DNA from: Azolla caroliniana
Taxonomy: Eukaryota > Plantae > Polypodiophyta
Length of the DNA: 64,000 bases
Assembly (NCBI GenBank): GCA_043228905.1
Contig: JBHGNT010000010.1
Coordinates: forward strand, 9,796,001 to 9,860,000
Direction: 5' to 3'
Below, in pieces: positions 46,773 through 58,553 of this stretch (positions within the stretch are counted from its first letter, which is position 1; each line of letters starts with the position of its first letter). The position numbers and the translations under genes were made by a program. The notes below the pieces were generated by a model. That model ran no database searches and had not been told where the DNA came from. It saw only the letters and a list, made by a program, of their open reading frames with translations.

Positions 46773-49700
46773 CTTTATGTAGGGAGAGGGACGTCCTATA
46801 ATGCAATTAAAAAACTTGAATATGCATTTGAAGAAATGATCCCCACATGCTCTAAATTCCACATGAGGATAACTTTCAGCTTCTTTATATAGGCTTTCAC
46901 CCCATGTCTATTTTCAAACATGAAAGCATTACGCATATTCCAATTGTGTTGTAGACCCCAATAACGTAAAAATTGGAACAATATCTCCATCTCATCATTT
47001 GAACCATTTTGAACATATTGAGAAAAAACCCATTGTTGAGGTCTCAAACAACAACGGGTTAAAACTTGCCAAATGTCTGATAAGTACTTCCAAATGGTAC
47101 ACGTTATAGGACATTTAATGAACCTATGTGTACTATCCTCCAATGGAACGGTGCAAAAGAAACAAGTGACAGACCCTAGTTCTTGTCTCTTTAAGGCTGA
47201 ACCTAATGGGAGCCCACCAATCATGACTCTCCATATGAATACCTTTGCATGAAATGGTAAATGGGAATGCCAACCACGTTGTAATATTTTCCACCACCTT
47301 CCATCTGACTTACATATATTCCACAACTTCGCAGCTTTAGGAGATAGCCAAGATAACGATGTCATTGCATGATGATACAATATATTTGTAATGACCTGAA
47401 CAAGTATGTACCATCTTGTAACCGCCAATCCACCCAAGCTCCAACATTTGTTTTCAATGGCAAAGATCATTGCGACAATGGTATATCTTGTAATTTCTCC
47501 CAAATAAATCCATAATTCGGGGGAATACATAACCATCACTTGGCATCTTCAAATTCCGACAACCTTTAAGATTCATTATCAACCACATCTTCCAAATGTA
47601 CAATCCTCAATCGAAATAAACGATTGAATTGAGATCTCAACTTCTCTTTCCCATGCCAAAACAACACTCAGAAGTACCAAGCAATTCATTTTGCAATGGA
47701 TTACAAGATTCTCGATCACTTGATGGTCCCCATTCAAAAAGAGATAATGCATCTTGCCATGATCTTACCAAATGTTGTCCACATACAGAATGCATCTTGC
47801 CATGATCTTACCAAATGTTCTCCACATACAGAATCCCCAATCGAAATAAACGATTAAATTAGGATCTCAACTTCGCTTTCCCATGCCAACACAACACTCA
47901 GAAGTAGCAAGCAATTCATTTTGTAATGAATTACAAGATTCTCGATCACTCGATGGTCCCCATTCAAAAAGAGATAATGCATCTTGCCATGATCTTACCA
48001 AATGTTGTCCACATACAGAATCCCCAATCAAAATAAACGATTGAATTGAGATCTCAACTTCTCATTCCCATGCCAAAACAACACTCAGAAGTACCAAACA
48101 ATTCATTTTGTAATGAATTACAAGATTCTCGATCACATGATGGTCCCCATTACAAAAGAGATAATGCATCTTGCCATGATCTTACCAAATGTTGTCCACA
48201 TACAAAATCCCCATTCGAAATAAACAATTAAATTGAGATCTCACCATCTCTTTCCCATGTCAAAACGACACTCAGAAGTAGGAAGCAATTCATTTTGTAA
48301 TGAATTACAAGATTCTCGATCACTTGATGGTTCCCATTCAAAAACAGATAATGCATCTTGCCATGATCTTACCAAATGTTGTCTACATACAGAATCCCCA
48401 ATCAAAATAAACAATTAAATTGAGATCTCAACTTCTCTTTCCCATGCCAAAACAACACTCATAAGTAGGAAGCAATTCATTTTGTAATGAATTACAAGAT
48501 TCTCGATCACGTGATGGTCTCCATTCAAAGAGAGATAATGCATCTTGCCATGATCTTACCAAATGTTGTCCACATACAGAATCCCCAATCGAAATAAACG
48601 ATTAAATTGAGATCTCAACTTCTCTTTCCCATGCGAAAACAACACTCAGAATTACCAAGCAATTCATTTTGTAATGAATTACAAGATTCTCAATCACTTG
48701 ATGGTCCACATTCAAAACGAATAATGCATCTTGCAATGATCTTACCAAATGTTGTCCACATACATAATGCATCTTGCCATAATCTTACCAAATATTGTCC
48801 ACATACAGTATCCCCAATCGAAGTAAGCAATTAAATTGAGATCTCAACTTCTCTTTCCCATTCCAAAACAACACTTAGAAGTAGCAACCAATTCATTTTG
48901 TAATGAATTATAAGATTCTCGATCACTTGATGCTTCCTCATTCAAAAAGAGATAATGCATCTTGCCATGATCTTACCAAATGTCATCCATATACAGAACA
49001 CATCTTTCCATGATCTTACCAAATGTTCTCCACATACAGAATCCCCAATCGAAATAAACGATTGAATTGAGATCTCAACTTCTCTTTCCTATGTCAAAAC
49101 AACACTCAGAAGTAGCAAGCAATTCATTTTGTAATGAATTACAAGATTCTCGATCACTCGATGGTCCCCATTCAAAAAGAGATAATGCATCTTGCCACGA
49201 TCTTACCAAATGTTGTCCACATACAGAATCCCCAATCGAAATAAACAATTGAATTGCGATCTCAACTTCTCTTTCCCATGCCAAAACAACACTCAGAAGT
49301 AGCAAGCAATTCATTTATTAATGAATTATAAGATTCTCGATCACTCAATGGTCCCCATTCAAAAAGAGATAATGCATCTTGCCATGATCTTATCAAATGT
49401 TGTCCACATATAGAACGCATCTTGCCATGATCTTACCAAATGTTGTCCACATACAGAATCCCCAATCGAAATAAACGATTGAATTGAGATCTCAATTTCT
49501 CTTTCCTATGCCAAAACAACACTCAGAAGTAGCAAGCAATTCATTTTGTAATGAATTACAAGATTCTCGATCACTTGATGGTCCCCATTCAAAAAGAGAT
49601 AATGCATCTTGCCATGATCTTACCAAATGTTGTCCACATACAGAATGTCGAATCTTTAGAGGAATACTTCCATTGAGTAATGTCCACCAGGATGCTTGAA

Positions 49701-50570
49701 TCTTTGTTTTCCCCTGCACCAATCCTTCATGCTCAAGAAAACATTGCATCATAGATATCCATAGTTGATCTTGTTGACACATATCTCGTAATAATGCAAA
49801 TGGATGAGCCATCAAATGCATTTCCAAATCCAATATTGTTGCACCACCTAACCTTGTAGGAGTAGCCAAATGGTTCCATGAAATCCATGTAATTCCCATT
49901 ATTTCTCCCTTCCGCCACAACATGAACCGAATAGGTTGTAACATGTTTTGCAATGCCTTCTTAGTCCAAGGTAGTAAAGGCAAAAAATATAATAACATGG
50001 GTATCAAGATACATTGCACCACTTATCAAGATACATTGCACCACTTTGAGTCGTACATGAAAGGGCCATTGTTGAGACTTCCAATACATAAATTTGTCCT
50101 TCAATTTAGTACCAATCCAATCAATCAATTGAACATTTGCAACATCAACACCTAATGGATAACCCAAATGTCGATAAATTGATCCTCGTGTAATGACTGA
50201 CCCCCACCATCCCAAACATTCCAAATCATTCTCCGTACAAGAAATAAGGTGAGACTTCCTCCAATTTATATACAACCTTGAAGCCAAAGCAAATTGATCC
50301 CAAACTTGCATAACTCCTTTCAAGATTTTCTTTTGAGGCTTGTAAAAAATTAAAAGAATCATTAGCCAATGCATGTGCCACCAATTGTCCACCAGAAGGA
50401 AGATGCAGACCCACAATATCACCACTGGCCGCAAGATTCGACAACATTACTAGCAAAGGATGTGTAACAATATCAAATAACAATGGACTCAGTGAACATC
50501 CTTGCCGCACGGATCTAGTAAGAAACACTTTCGGAATAACTCCGCCATTAAGCATCACACGGGAGGTTGC
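46773..50570 (-). mobile_element. 5'-truncated L1/Tx1-like LINE 2 (related to LINE 1)
   Basis: SVRQGCSLSPLLF, YRHLGYPLG, CFFC...HRFIKC. Confidence 0.88.
47603..49647. repeat. Tandem array of ~10 x 187-bp units derived from LINE 2 ORF2
   Basis: TTGAGATCTCA starts at 48046, 48233, 48420, 48607; several units carry an extra ~42-bp sub-duplication. Confidence 0.95.
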
Positions 50571-53500
50571 ATCAACCATGCTTTCCCCGCACAAGGAACT
50601 GAGGAGAGAGTTCAGGCGCAAAGAAAAGGGGAAGAAGAAGATGCCGGAGTACGACACCGGAAGAGAAGAGTCAGATCGGAGCGAATCTTACTCCGGAGAC
50701 GGACCTTCAGGAACGAAGTCCGAGTCAGCCAAGAGGGCCTTGCAATCGGCGAACGTGAAGTTACGTTGATCGACCCACTAGAAGAACCCCATAAAAAGGT
50801 ATGGATATAACGAGTATATGGCGCATCACTATGCGTACATGAGGAAAGTGGCAGAGGTGCGTGAGTCAAAGAGCTACGCCGAAGCGGCAGAGGAAGTGCA
50901 TTGGTGTGCCACAATGGAGGAAGAAATGCGGGCACTTGATACCAATGATACATGGAACCTGGTTGACCCTTCCCGACATTACAAACTGATCGGTTGCGAG
51001 TGGGCGTACAAGGTAAAGTATAATGTTGATGGTTCGGTCAACCGGTACAAGGCCTGGTTAGTGGCCAACGGGTATGCGTAGACCCATGGAATCAACTACG
51101 ACGAGATCTTCTCTTCGGTAGCGAAGATGACAATGGTTTGTGTCATGCTGGTAATTGCCGAGGCACAGGAGTGGCATCTTCACCAAATGGACGTGAAGAA
51201 TGTGTTTCTTCAAGGAGACTTTGAAGAACAGGTCTACATGATCCAACCCCCGGTTTTTAGTCGGTAGTGTGCCGACTCAAGAAGTTACTTTATTATGGCT
51301 TGAAGCAAGCCCCCCAAGCTTGGAATTCGAAGATCACGCACCGGTTGCGTAAGATGGGGTTTGTGGCCTCGGAGTCCGACTCTTCGCTATTCATCCATAA
51401 CGGTCTAGACGATTTTGTATGTATCTTGTTATACGTGGATGATCTAGTCATCACTGGACCTGAACTTGTTGAAATCGACCAAGTGAAGTCCCAACTGTCG
51501 GATGCATTCGAAATGAAGGACCTAGGGGACCTTCATTACTTCCTCAGGATCGAAGTGATCCACACCCGCGATGACATGTTGCTCTCACAACGACACTATG
51601 TGTTGAATATGTTGTACAAGTTCGGCATGACGGATTGCCAACCAGTCTCCACACCCCTGAACCGGAACCTGAAGCTTCATCTTGACCCCGGATCGACCTA
51701 CGATGAGAAATGGTTCTGACAAATTTTTAGAAGCCTTTTTTATTTAACAATCACCCTACCCGACATTAGCTATCTGGTCAGAGCAATAAGTCAATTCATG
51801 TAGAAGCCAACCGTGGAGCACCTTCAGTGCGTGCACCGAATACTGAGGTATGTTGGCGGCAGTAAAAACTGGGGATTGTTATACCGACACGGTATAATCG
51901 AAAAGCTAGTCGGATATACGGATGTCGATTGGGCTAGTGATCTGTCGTTTTGTTGATCCACTTCCGGTTAAATGTTCTCCCTTGGTAGCGTGGCTGTTGC
52001 GTGGAGTAGTAAAAAGAAACCGATTGTGGCTATATTGAGCACTAAGGCTGAATATTGGGGCGCTATTGTTGCCAACTATGAAGCTATCTGGCTTCGGCAA
52101 CTGCCGCAAGACCTCTGGATCGAAGCACCAACTCCGATCCCAATCTATTGCAACAATATGAGAAGCATGCAACTGGCCAAGAACCCCGTGTTTCATGCTC
52201 AGACAAAGCACATAGAAGTGCACTATCACTTTGTGCGCGACCGGGTCCTGAACGGTGAAGTCGAACTCCGGTATGTCCAAACGGATCGACAAGTTGCTGA
52301 CATCTTCACCAAGGCCCTTGGGACCAACAAGTTGCAACATTTTTTGGAGATGCTTGGTCTTCAACATTTCGACATGCCACACTTGAGGGGGAGAACCGGT
52401 ACTGATACGGGGAGAACCGGAACCGGAATGGAAATCGGGAAAGTAGGAAATGGCACCGGACAAGCAGCCAGAGAGAAGGAAACAAATGAAGCAAGGGGAG
52501 ACAAGAAGAAAAACGGAGCCAAGTCGGCTGATGAAGTCGGCACATCTTAACAAGTTGAAACAAGCGGCGACAACGGTAGAGTCAAGAAGGACAGAGCCGT
52601 TCAGAAGGAGAAGGCCAAGACCCGGACGTGGTACGATGTTGTGAAGGGTCTGAAGGTTGATGACAAATTGGAGACAACCAATTCGGACAAGAGCTGGTAT
52701 GAATCAGAGGCACCCGATTAGGAAGAGGAGTTCGATTTGAAGAAGCCGAATCAACTAAAACCCAAACGAACGAGAAGGCACTGACACGGATGTACTGACA
52801 AGTCGAGAAGTGCCGAAGTCGCAACAACGATAAAGCTGAAATGGGCCTTATGAACAGACAAGCCGATCGACAAGGTCGATGTCACGACACAATGACGTCA
52901 AATACGTAGTTAATGAAGATTGAACCTGCAACCTCATATCTACAAGATGTCATGCTCAACCATTTTGATATGAGCATGCATTTGTATAATGGTTTGGTAT
53001 TATATAGTCTAGCAGATAGTATATTTCAGAACCAGAATATTCTAGTCGTTCGTAAATTCTTGAAATATTGTATGGCATATTCTAGATGAGTATATTCTAG
53101 AGATATTCAATCTCGAAACATCTATAAATACTTGTAAACTCCTTGGTCCCTATTAAGGGATTCAACACCAGTCATTGACACATCAATCTAGTATTCTCAT
53201 TTCGCCTCATCTTTGTCTCCTTGATCTTTATTTTTGTCTTCATGCCCTCATGTCTCTCACAACATCTAGAGTTCCTAGCCACGTCACATCTAGCTCAAAG
53301 TTCATCCATCACACGTAGCCCAATCATCTATGCTCCGTCCTAGTTCACGTTTGGTGTGTCCGTGACAGTCGAGAGGCGCGGAACCAGATGGGTTGTGGAA
53401 AGCGGGACCGGATGAGTCGATGAGCACGAGCAAGGTGGGAAGACGCCAAGAGGAGCCAGAAGGAAGGACTGACAGACACAAACACCACGATCCGACCTCA

Positions 53501-53963
53501 AGTTGAGCTTGAGGGGGAGTGTTGAGTGGACAAGCTCAACCGGACCCGCATCGACTGAATAAGACGGAACAAAGAACTGGATAGGTATCCGAATCTGTAT
53601 CCGGAAGCAAGAGATGGATTGGAGAGACGAATCTGATTGTAACCGGTAGACCGTTAGATGTCTACAATCTTAGCCTAGTACGTAGACAGATTCCTTGGAG
53701 TTAGTGTCAGTCACTCATATGAGCATTGAAGTACTTGTTCGTACTTCTATTAGTCCTTTTAAGGACTTGTATAAAAAGTGTTCTGTAGGACATTTGTATG
53801 TACAGAGTGTTATTATTATTTAATTAAGTTTATGCTATTATGCTCTCTCTGTCTCTCCCATGTATTGTGTATTCTTGAGCTTCCATTAAACCTTCATTCT
53901 GTTTTACTGTTGTTATCCGGTTGAGCCGGTTTGTCTACAAACTTCCGCACAATATCTTTTACA
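50570..53963 (+). mobile_element. 5'-truncated degenerate copia D (B family) with 3' LTR 53520-53963
   Basis: RT LYVDD, RH KHIEVHYHFVRD, PPT TTGAGGGGGAG|TGTTGAG. Confidence 0.9.
52880..53367 (+). mobile_element. Solo LTR of the F family
   Basis: TGTCACG...CGTGACA; perfect TSD GTCGA; TATAAATACTTGTAA core shared with the F LTR; tRNA-like module at 52915-52972 on the minus strand. Confidence 0.92.
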
Positions 53964-55131
53964 ACCTAACAATGCCCAATGATGAGGCCGTTTTGGCATG
54001 GATGTCCTCCATGCTGCCCACATGATGATCATAATGATGATGATTGGGATAATCAGAATTGTGATTGGGTTGTTGAATGCTTGCACGATCGTGATCCTGA
54101 AGAAATTGATGTTGGTGTTGTTCATGGTGGTGGTGAATCAATAATGAAGAAGGAGTAGGAGGAGGGGGAGGAAGAAACCGTCATCACTTCTTCCTCTGTC
54201 TCTCTCTTGGCCACCTACCTCTTCCTTATTATTCTTCTTCTTCTTTCTCATTCACTCCATCATTCTCTGACCACTAGATCTTGGCCCATGTTCCTTCTTT
54301 TTGCCACTAAAAAAATATGGTGACTCTAGTTCATCTCCCAAACTTTCTACATTCTATATCTGTCCATCTGTAAGTGATGGAGAATCCAAGCTTCTAGTAT
54401 CCATTGATGTTGATAGGGAAGAAGAAGAAGAAGATGTCCCTACATCGAAGGAATGGCTCTGATGTAGTGAAAACAAAAAACAAACGAGGTTCCGCTTGCA
54501 TCTTAGAGGGAGGGAGTAGGGGTGTTTGCATCTCAATTGCTACTATCTCTAGAAGTGGTGGTTGAGAAGAGGCGATGGACATGGTTACAAAGAAAACCAA
54601 TGATATTATGATGTTAAAAAATAATCTTATTCTTCTTCATCCTTTTCTTCCAGAGATACAAACCATCTAGGTCCATTGTTTTCAATCCAAAGGGTCTTCA
54701 ACATCCTCTTTCTAGAACCTTGCAACAAGTTTGGTAAACTGATCATCGATAGAGAAATAGTTGGGAGGCTTGACTCTAGACATATTTGGCCATGGCATCT
54801 CAAGAATAGGGGAAGCAGCCAAGAGCTCATCTCTTCTTCTTGCTTCATAATCATGCTTTTCTCTCATCATGTGAGCTTTGTCGATCTATTTAGCTTTCTT
54901 CCACTGCATACACTGCCTTCCTTGCTTAAAATCAATGGCACCAAGACCTGAGCTCTCTGTCTCTCAACACCTACACACACACACACACAGGCACAAACAT
55001 AGACACAGAGAGGGAGAGGGAGAGAACGGAGAGGAAGAGTGAGGGATAGACCTCTTCTCAAGGGAGGGAGGGTCGGTCGTTCGGGCATGCCAATGTTAAT
55101 GCGTTGGCTCCATCCCCTCCCAAGGGGGTTA

Positions 55132-55171
<40 letters not shown>

Positions 55172-55317
55172 ATAGAGAAACAAAGAATGACTCAAAATGT
55201 GAGAGGGAAAATTTGTATCTTACATTATGCCCCATGGGAGGGTTTATATAGTACAAGAGGTAACCATTGCAAAAGAATGAGACAAGTAGGGAGTTACATT
55301 ATCATTGGGAAGAGAGC

Positions 55318-55910
55318 ATTGGGATGCAATCAAGTGGATTCTCTGGTACCTAAGAGGCACCTCGAGCATGTGTCTCTGATTCGGCTCAGGTAACCCCATA
55401 TTGGAAGGTTATATTGATTTAGACATGTCGGCTGATGTGGATACCAACCGGTCCACGTCTGGATACATAATAATTTATGCAGGGGGAGCCATCTCGTGGC
55501 AGTTGAGGTTGCAGAAGGTCGTGATGTTGTCAACCACGAAAGCGAAGTATATGGTTGCGGTAGAAACCGGCAAGGAAATAATTTGGATGAACGAGTTCAT
55601 TGGAGAGTTGAGAATTCGGCAAGAAGAATTCTGACTCTATTGTGACAACCAAAATGCCATCCACTTTGCGAAGAATGCCGCCTACCACTCGAGGACCAAG
55701 CACATCCAGAGGAGATACCATTGGCTCCGAGATAAGATAGAAGAAAAGGAGTTTGCTCTAGTGAAGATCCACACAACAGAAAACGGATCAGACATGCTAA
55801 CAAAGGTGTTGTCGACAAAAAAGTTCAACGCGTGCTGGAGATAAGTTGGATTGACAAAGCATCCCATGCCGGAGTGAAGGGGGAGCTTGTTAGGAAACAA
55901 GTCCCTCCAG
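55318..55910 (+). mobile_element. Copia RNase H remnant with PPT and LTR start
   Basis: STSGYII, STTKAKY, KHIQRRYHW; GAAGGGGGAGCT|TGTTAGG. Confidence 0.8.
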
Positions 55911-55949
55911 ATGGGAAGGAGAGTGCGAGGTGGAGAGAAGAGTAAGCTA

Positions 55950-58553
55950 AATTAGTCGAAGCCGACTCGAGGCTGTGAGAACAAGATGCATGAGTCAGAT
56001 CAATATGATCTAAGATGTCTTCAGCAAAGATATTTGTCTTGAGAGCATGACGAATACTATTAATAATGCTTGAATCTAGCGGAGTATCAAAGACTGTAGT
56101 TGCTTGAAGTAGTGCAGGACCTAGGATTGCATGTTTTCTATTATCCAAGGTCGGATCACCATGAAGAGGTGCTAGATAGGAATGTCATGATAATGCATCT
56201 ACTTTCCCTTGTTGCTTTCTTGGACAAATTGTAATCTTGAAATAGAAATGAGTAAGAAAATGTGTCAATCGTGCACTCTGGAAATAAGTGAGGTTTTTGT
56301 GATCACTAAATACAGTTACTTGATGGGGAGAACCTTCCAAAAAATGTCATCATTGTATAATGGAATAAATTATAGTAAATAACTCCTTGTAATGTACCTC
56401 ATAGTTTATCTCGGCAATGTCAAATTTGTGTGAATGGAAAACCATTGGATGTAGTTTCCCATCATCTCATTGTTGTGACAATATACTACCAAGTGCAAAA
56501 TCTGATGCATCCACTTCAATAATAAATGGTTTTTGCAAATCAACATGACCTAGAATAGGAGTGGATATAAATGCCTTCTTGAGATCCAAAAAAGCATTAT
56601 TTGCATCTACATTCCAAACAAATTATTGGTCCTCCTTTGTGAGTTGTGTGAGAGGTAGAATAAGTTTTGAGTAATCTTGTATAAACTTGAGTTAGAAGTT
56701 GTGAATCATAGAAAACATTGCACAACTTGCACGGATCATGGAGTCTCCCACTCCAACACTATTTGGACTTTAGTTGGATCCATAGAGAATCCTTTAGGAG
56801 AGATAACGTACCCTAAGAATTCCACCTGTTTGCAATCAAAACTCCACTTCACTAGTTTTGCATAAAGGCCATATTCCAATAGTAATTTTAGTACTTGATG
56901 AGCATGAGAATCATGCTCCTTTTGTGTCATTGAATAAAACATTAGATCATACAGATATATGATAAGAAAGATGTCTAAAAGATCTTGAAAAACGTCATTC
57001 ACCATATGCTGAAAAATTGTTGGTGCATATGTGAGCATAAATGGCATAATTGTATACTCAAAATGCCCATATCGGGTGCGGAAAGTTGTTGTCATGGACA
57101 CACCAACCGCGGACTCGGACGGAGCACGGATGATGGGGCTAAGAGCGTGGAACTTAAGAAGTGGGGAATGACACAAGAGCATGAAGACATAGATAAAGAT
57201 CAAGGAGAGAGATGGGATGAAACAAGAATACTAGATTGATGTGTCAATGACTAATGTTGAATCCCCTAAAAGGGACCAAGGAGGTTACAAGTATTTAAGA
57301 TATTGTGAGTTGAAGAACATGCATTAGAATATTCTGGAAAATATTCTAGAACCCTCTAGAACCTTCTAGTTCTAGAACTTTCTAGAGGTATGTGACTAAA
57401 GAGTATTTCTAGATCAGGTACATTATATACAAATAAATGCTCATATCAAAATGGTTGAGCATGATATCTCGTTGAGTGAGGTTGCAAGTTCAATCTTCAC
57501 TAACTATGTATTTTATGTTAGTGTGTCATGACAGGTGTCTTCCATTCATCACTTGGACGGATCCATACAAGGTTATATGCACCTTGTAAATCAATCTTTG
57601 TAAAATATTTTGCACCATTAATCTGTTCTAAAAGACTAGAGATCAAGGGGAGTGCATACCTATTCCTGATAGTAACTTCATTCAAACCCCGGTAATCCAT
57701 GACTAGACGAAGTGAACCATCTTTTTTCTTTACAAAGAAATGGGTGCACCAACTGGAGATTTTGAGTGTCGAATGAATCAATTTGCCAAAATTTCCTCAA
57801 TATACGCTCGAAGAACCTCAAGCTGAAATGGTGAAATATTATAGATTGATCCCCATGGTGGCTCCTTTCCTGGTTGTAAATCAATGTGACAATCATATGG
57901 TCGATGATGTGAAAGTGTATTAGCTTTTATGTTATCAAAAACATCGACATAATCTTGGTACTTCATCAGAAGATGAATTTTTTATTCTTTCCCAACGATA
58001 TGGGACTGCTTCACTAATACTACAAATAAAAACATTTATTCCTTTCGTCCTTCCTTACGTAATTGATGTAGTGAAATAGTTGAAATTCTTTGAGTAAATG
58101 CTTGAGGAATCAAATTATCTTGTTGGTGATACTTGATTTTTCTCTTTTTCCAGTTGATTTTGGGTTATGCAGTTCAAACCACGACAACCCTAGGACAATT
58201 GGATATTCAGGGTTACTAATTATATTAAAAGATATTACGCATGAGAAATTATTTTGTATCACATGAATTGGCTCAAACTCCTCTATGATATTTCTAGAAG
58301 CAATGGGGAGACCATCAATTACTACTATAGAAGTTGCGCAAGGAAGTTTTCTTAGAGATACCTAATGAATTCAAGCAAAATCTCTATCCATGAAGCAAGA
58401 ATTAGCCCTGGTATCTAGGAGTGATGGAACATGAATTGGATGATTACTTGCAATACTAACTTCTGTTTGAGCTAAGAACACCTTGCTAACTTGCTTAGAA
58501 GAAAATGGGACCACTAATGGGCTACATAGATATGTGATTGTCCAACCAAATGA
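55950..58553 (-). mobile_element. Highly degenerate chromovirus-type (Tcn1/Tf1-like) gypsy pol fragment
   Basis: [51 protein letters not shown]. Confidence 0.85.
57090..57533 (-). mobile_element. Solo LTR of the F family
   Basis: TGTCATG...CATGACA; TSD GTTGT/GGTGT; splits DEWKT|TFRTRYG; tRNA-like module at 57440-57498 on the plus strand. Confidence 0.88.

Noticed and set aside
48046-49699. Repeated 61-75-aa Cys/His-rich ORFs as a peptide gene cluster
   Set aside because: They are the antisense translation of the 187-bp LINE-derived repeat, with non-ATG starts
53964-55317. Possible gene or old gag region with low-complexity ORFs
   Set aside because: No identifiable domain or consistent frame; probably decayed TE, cannot be supported
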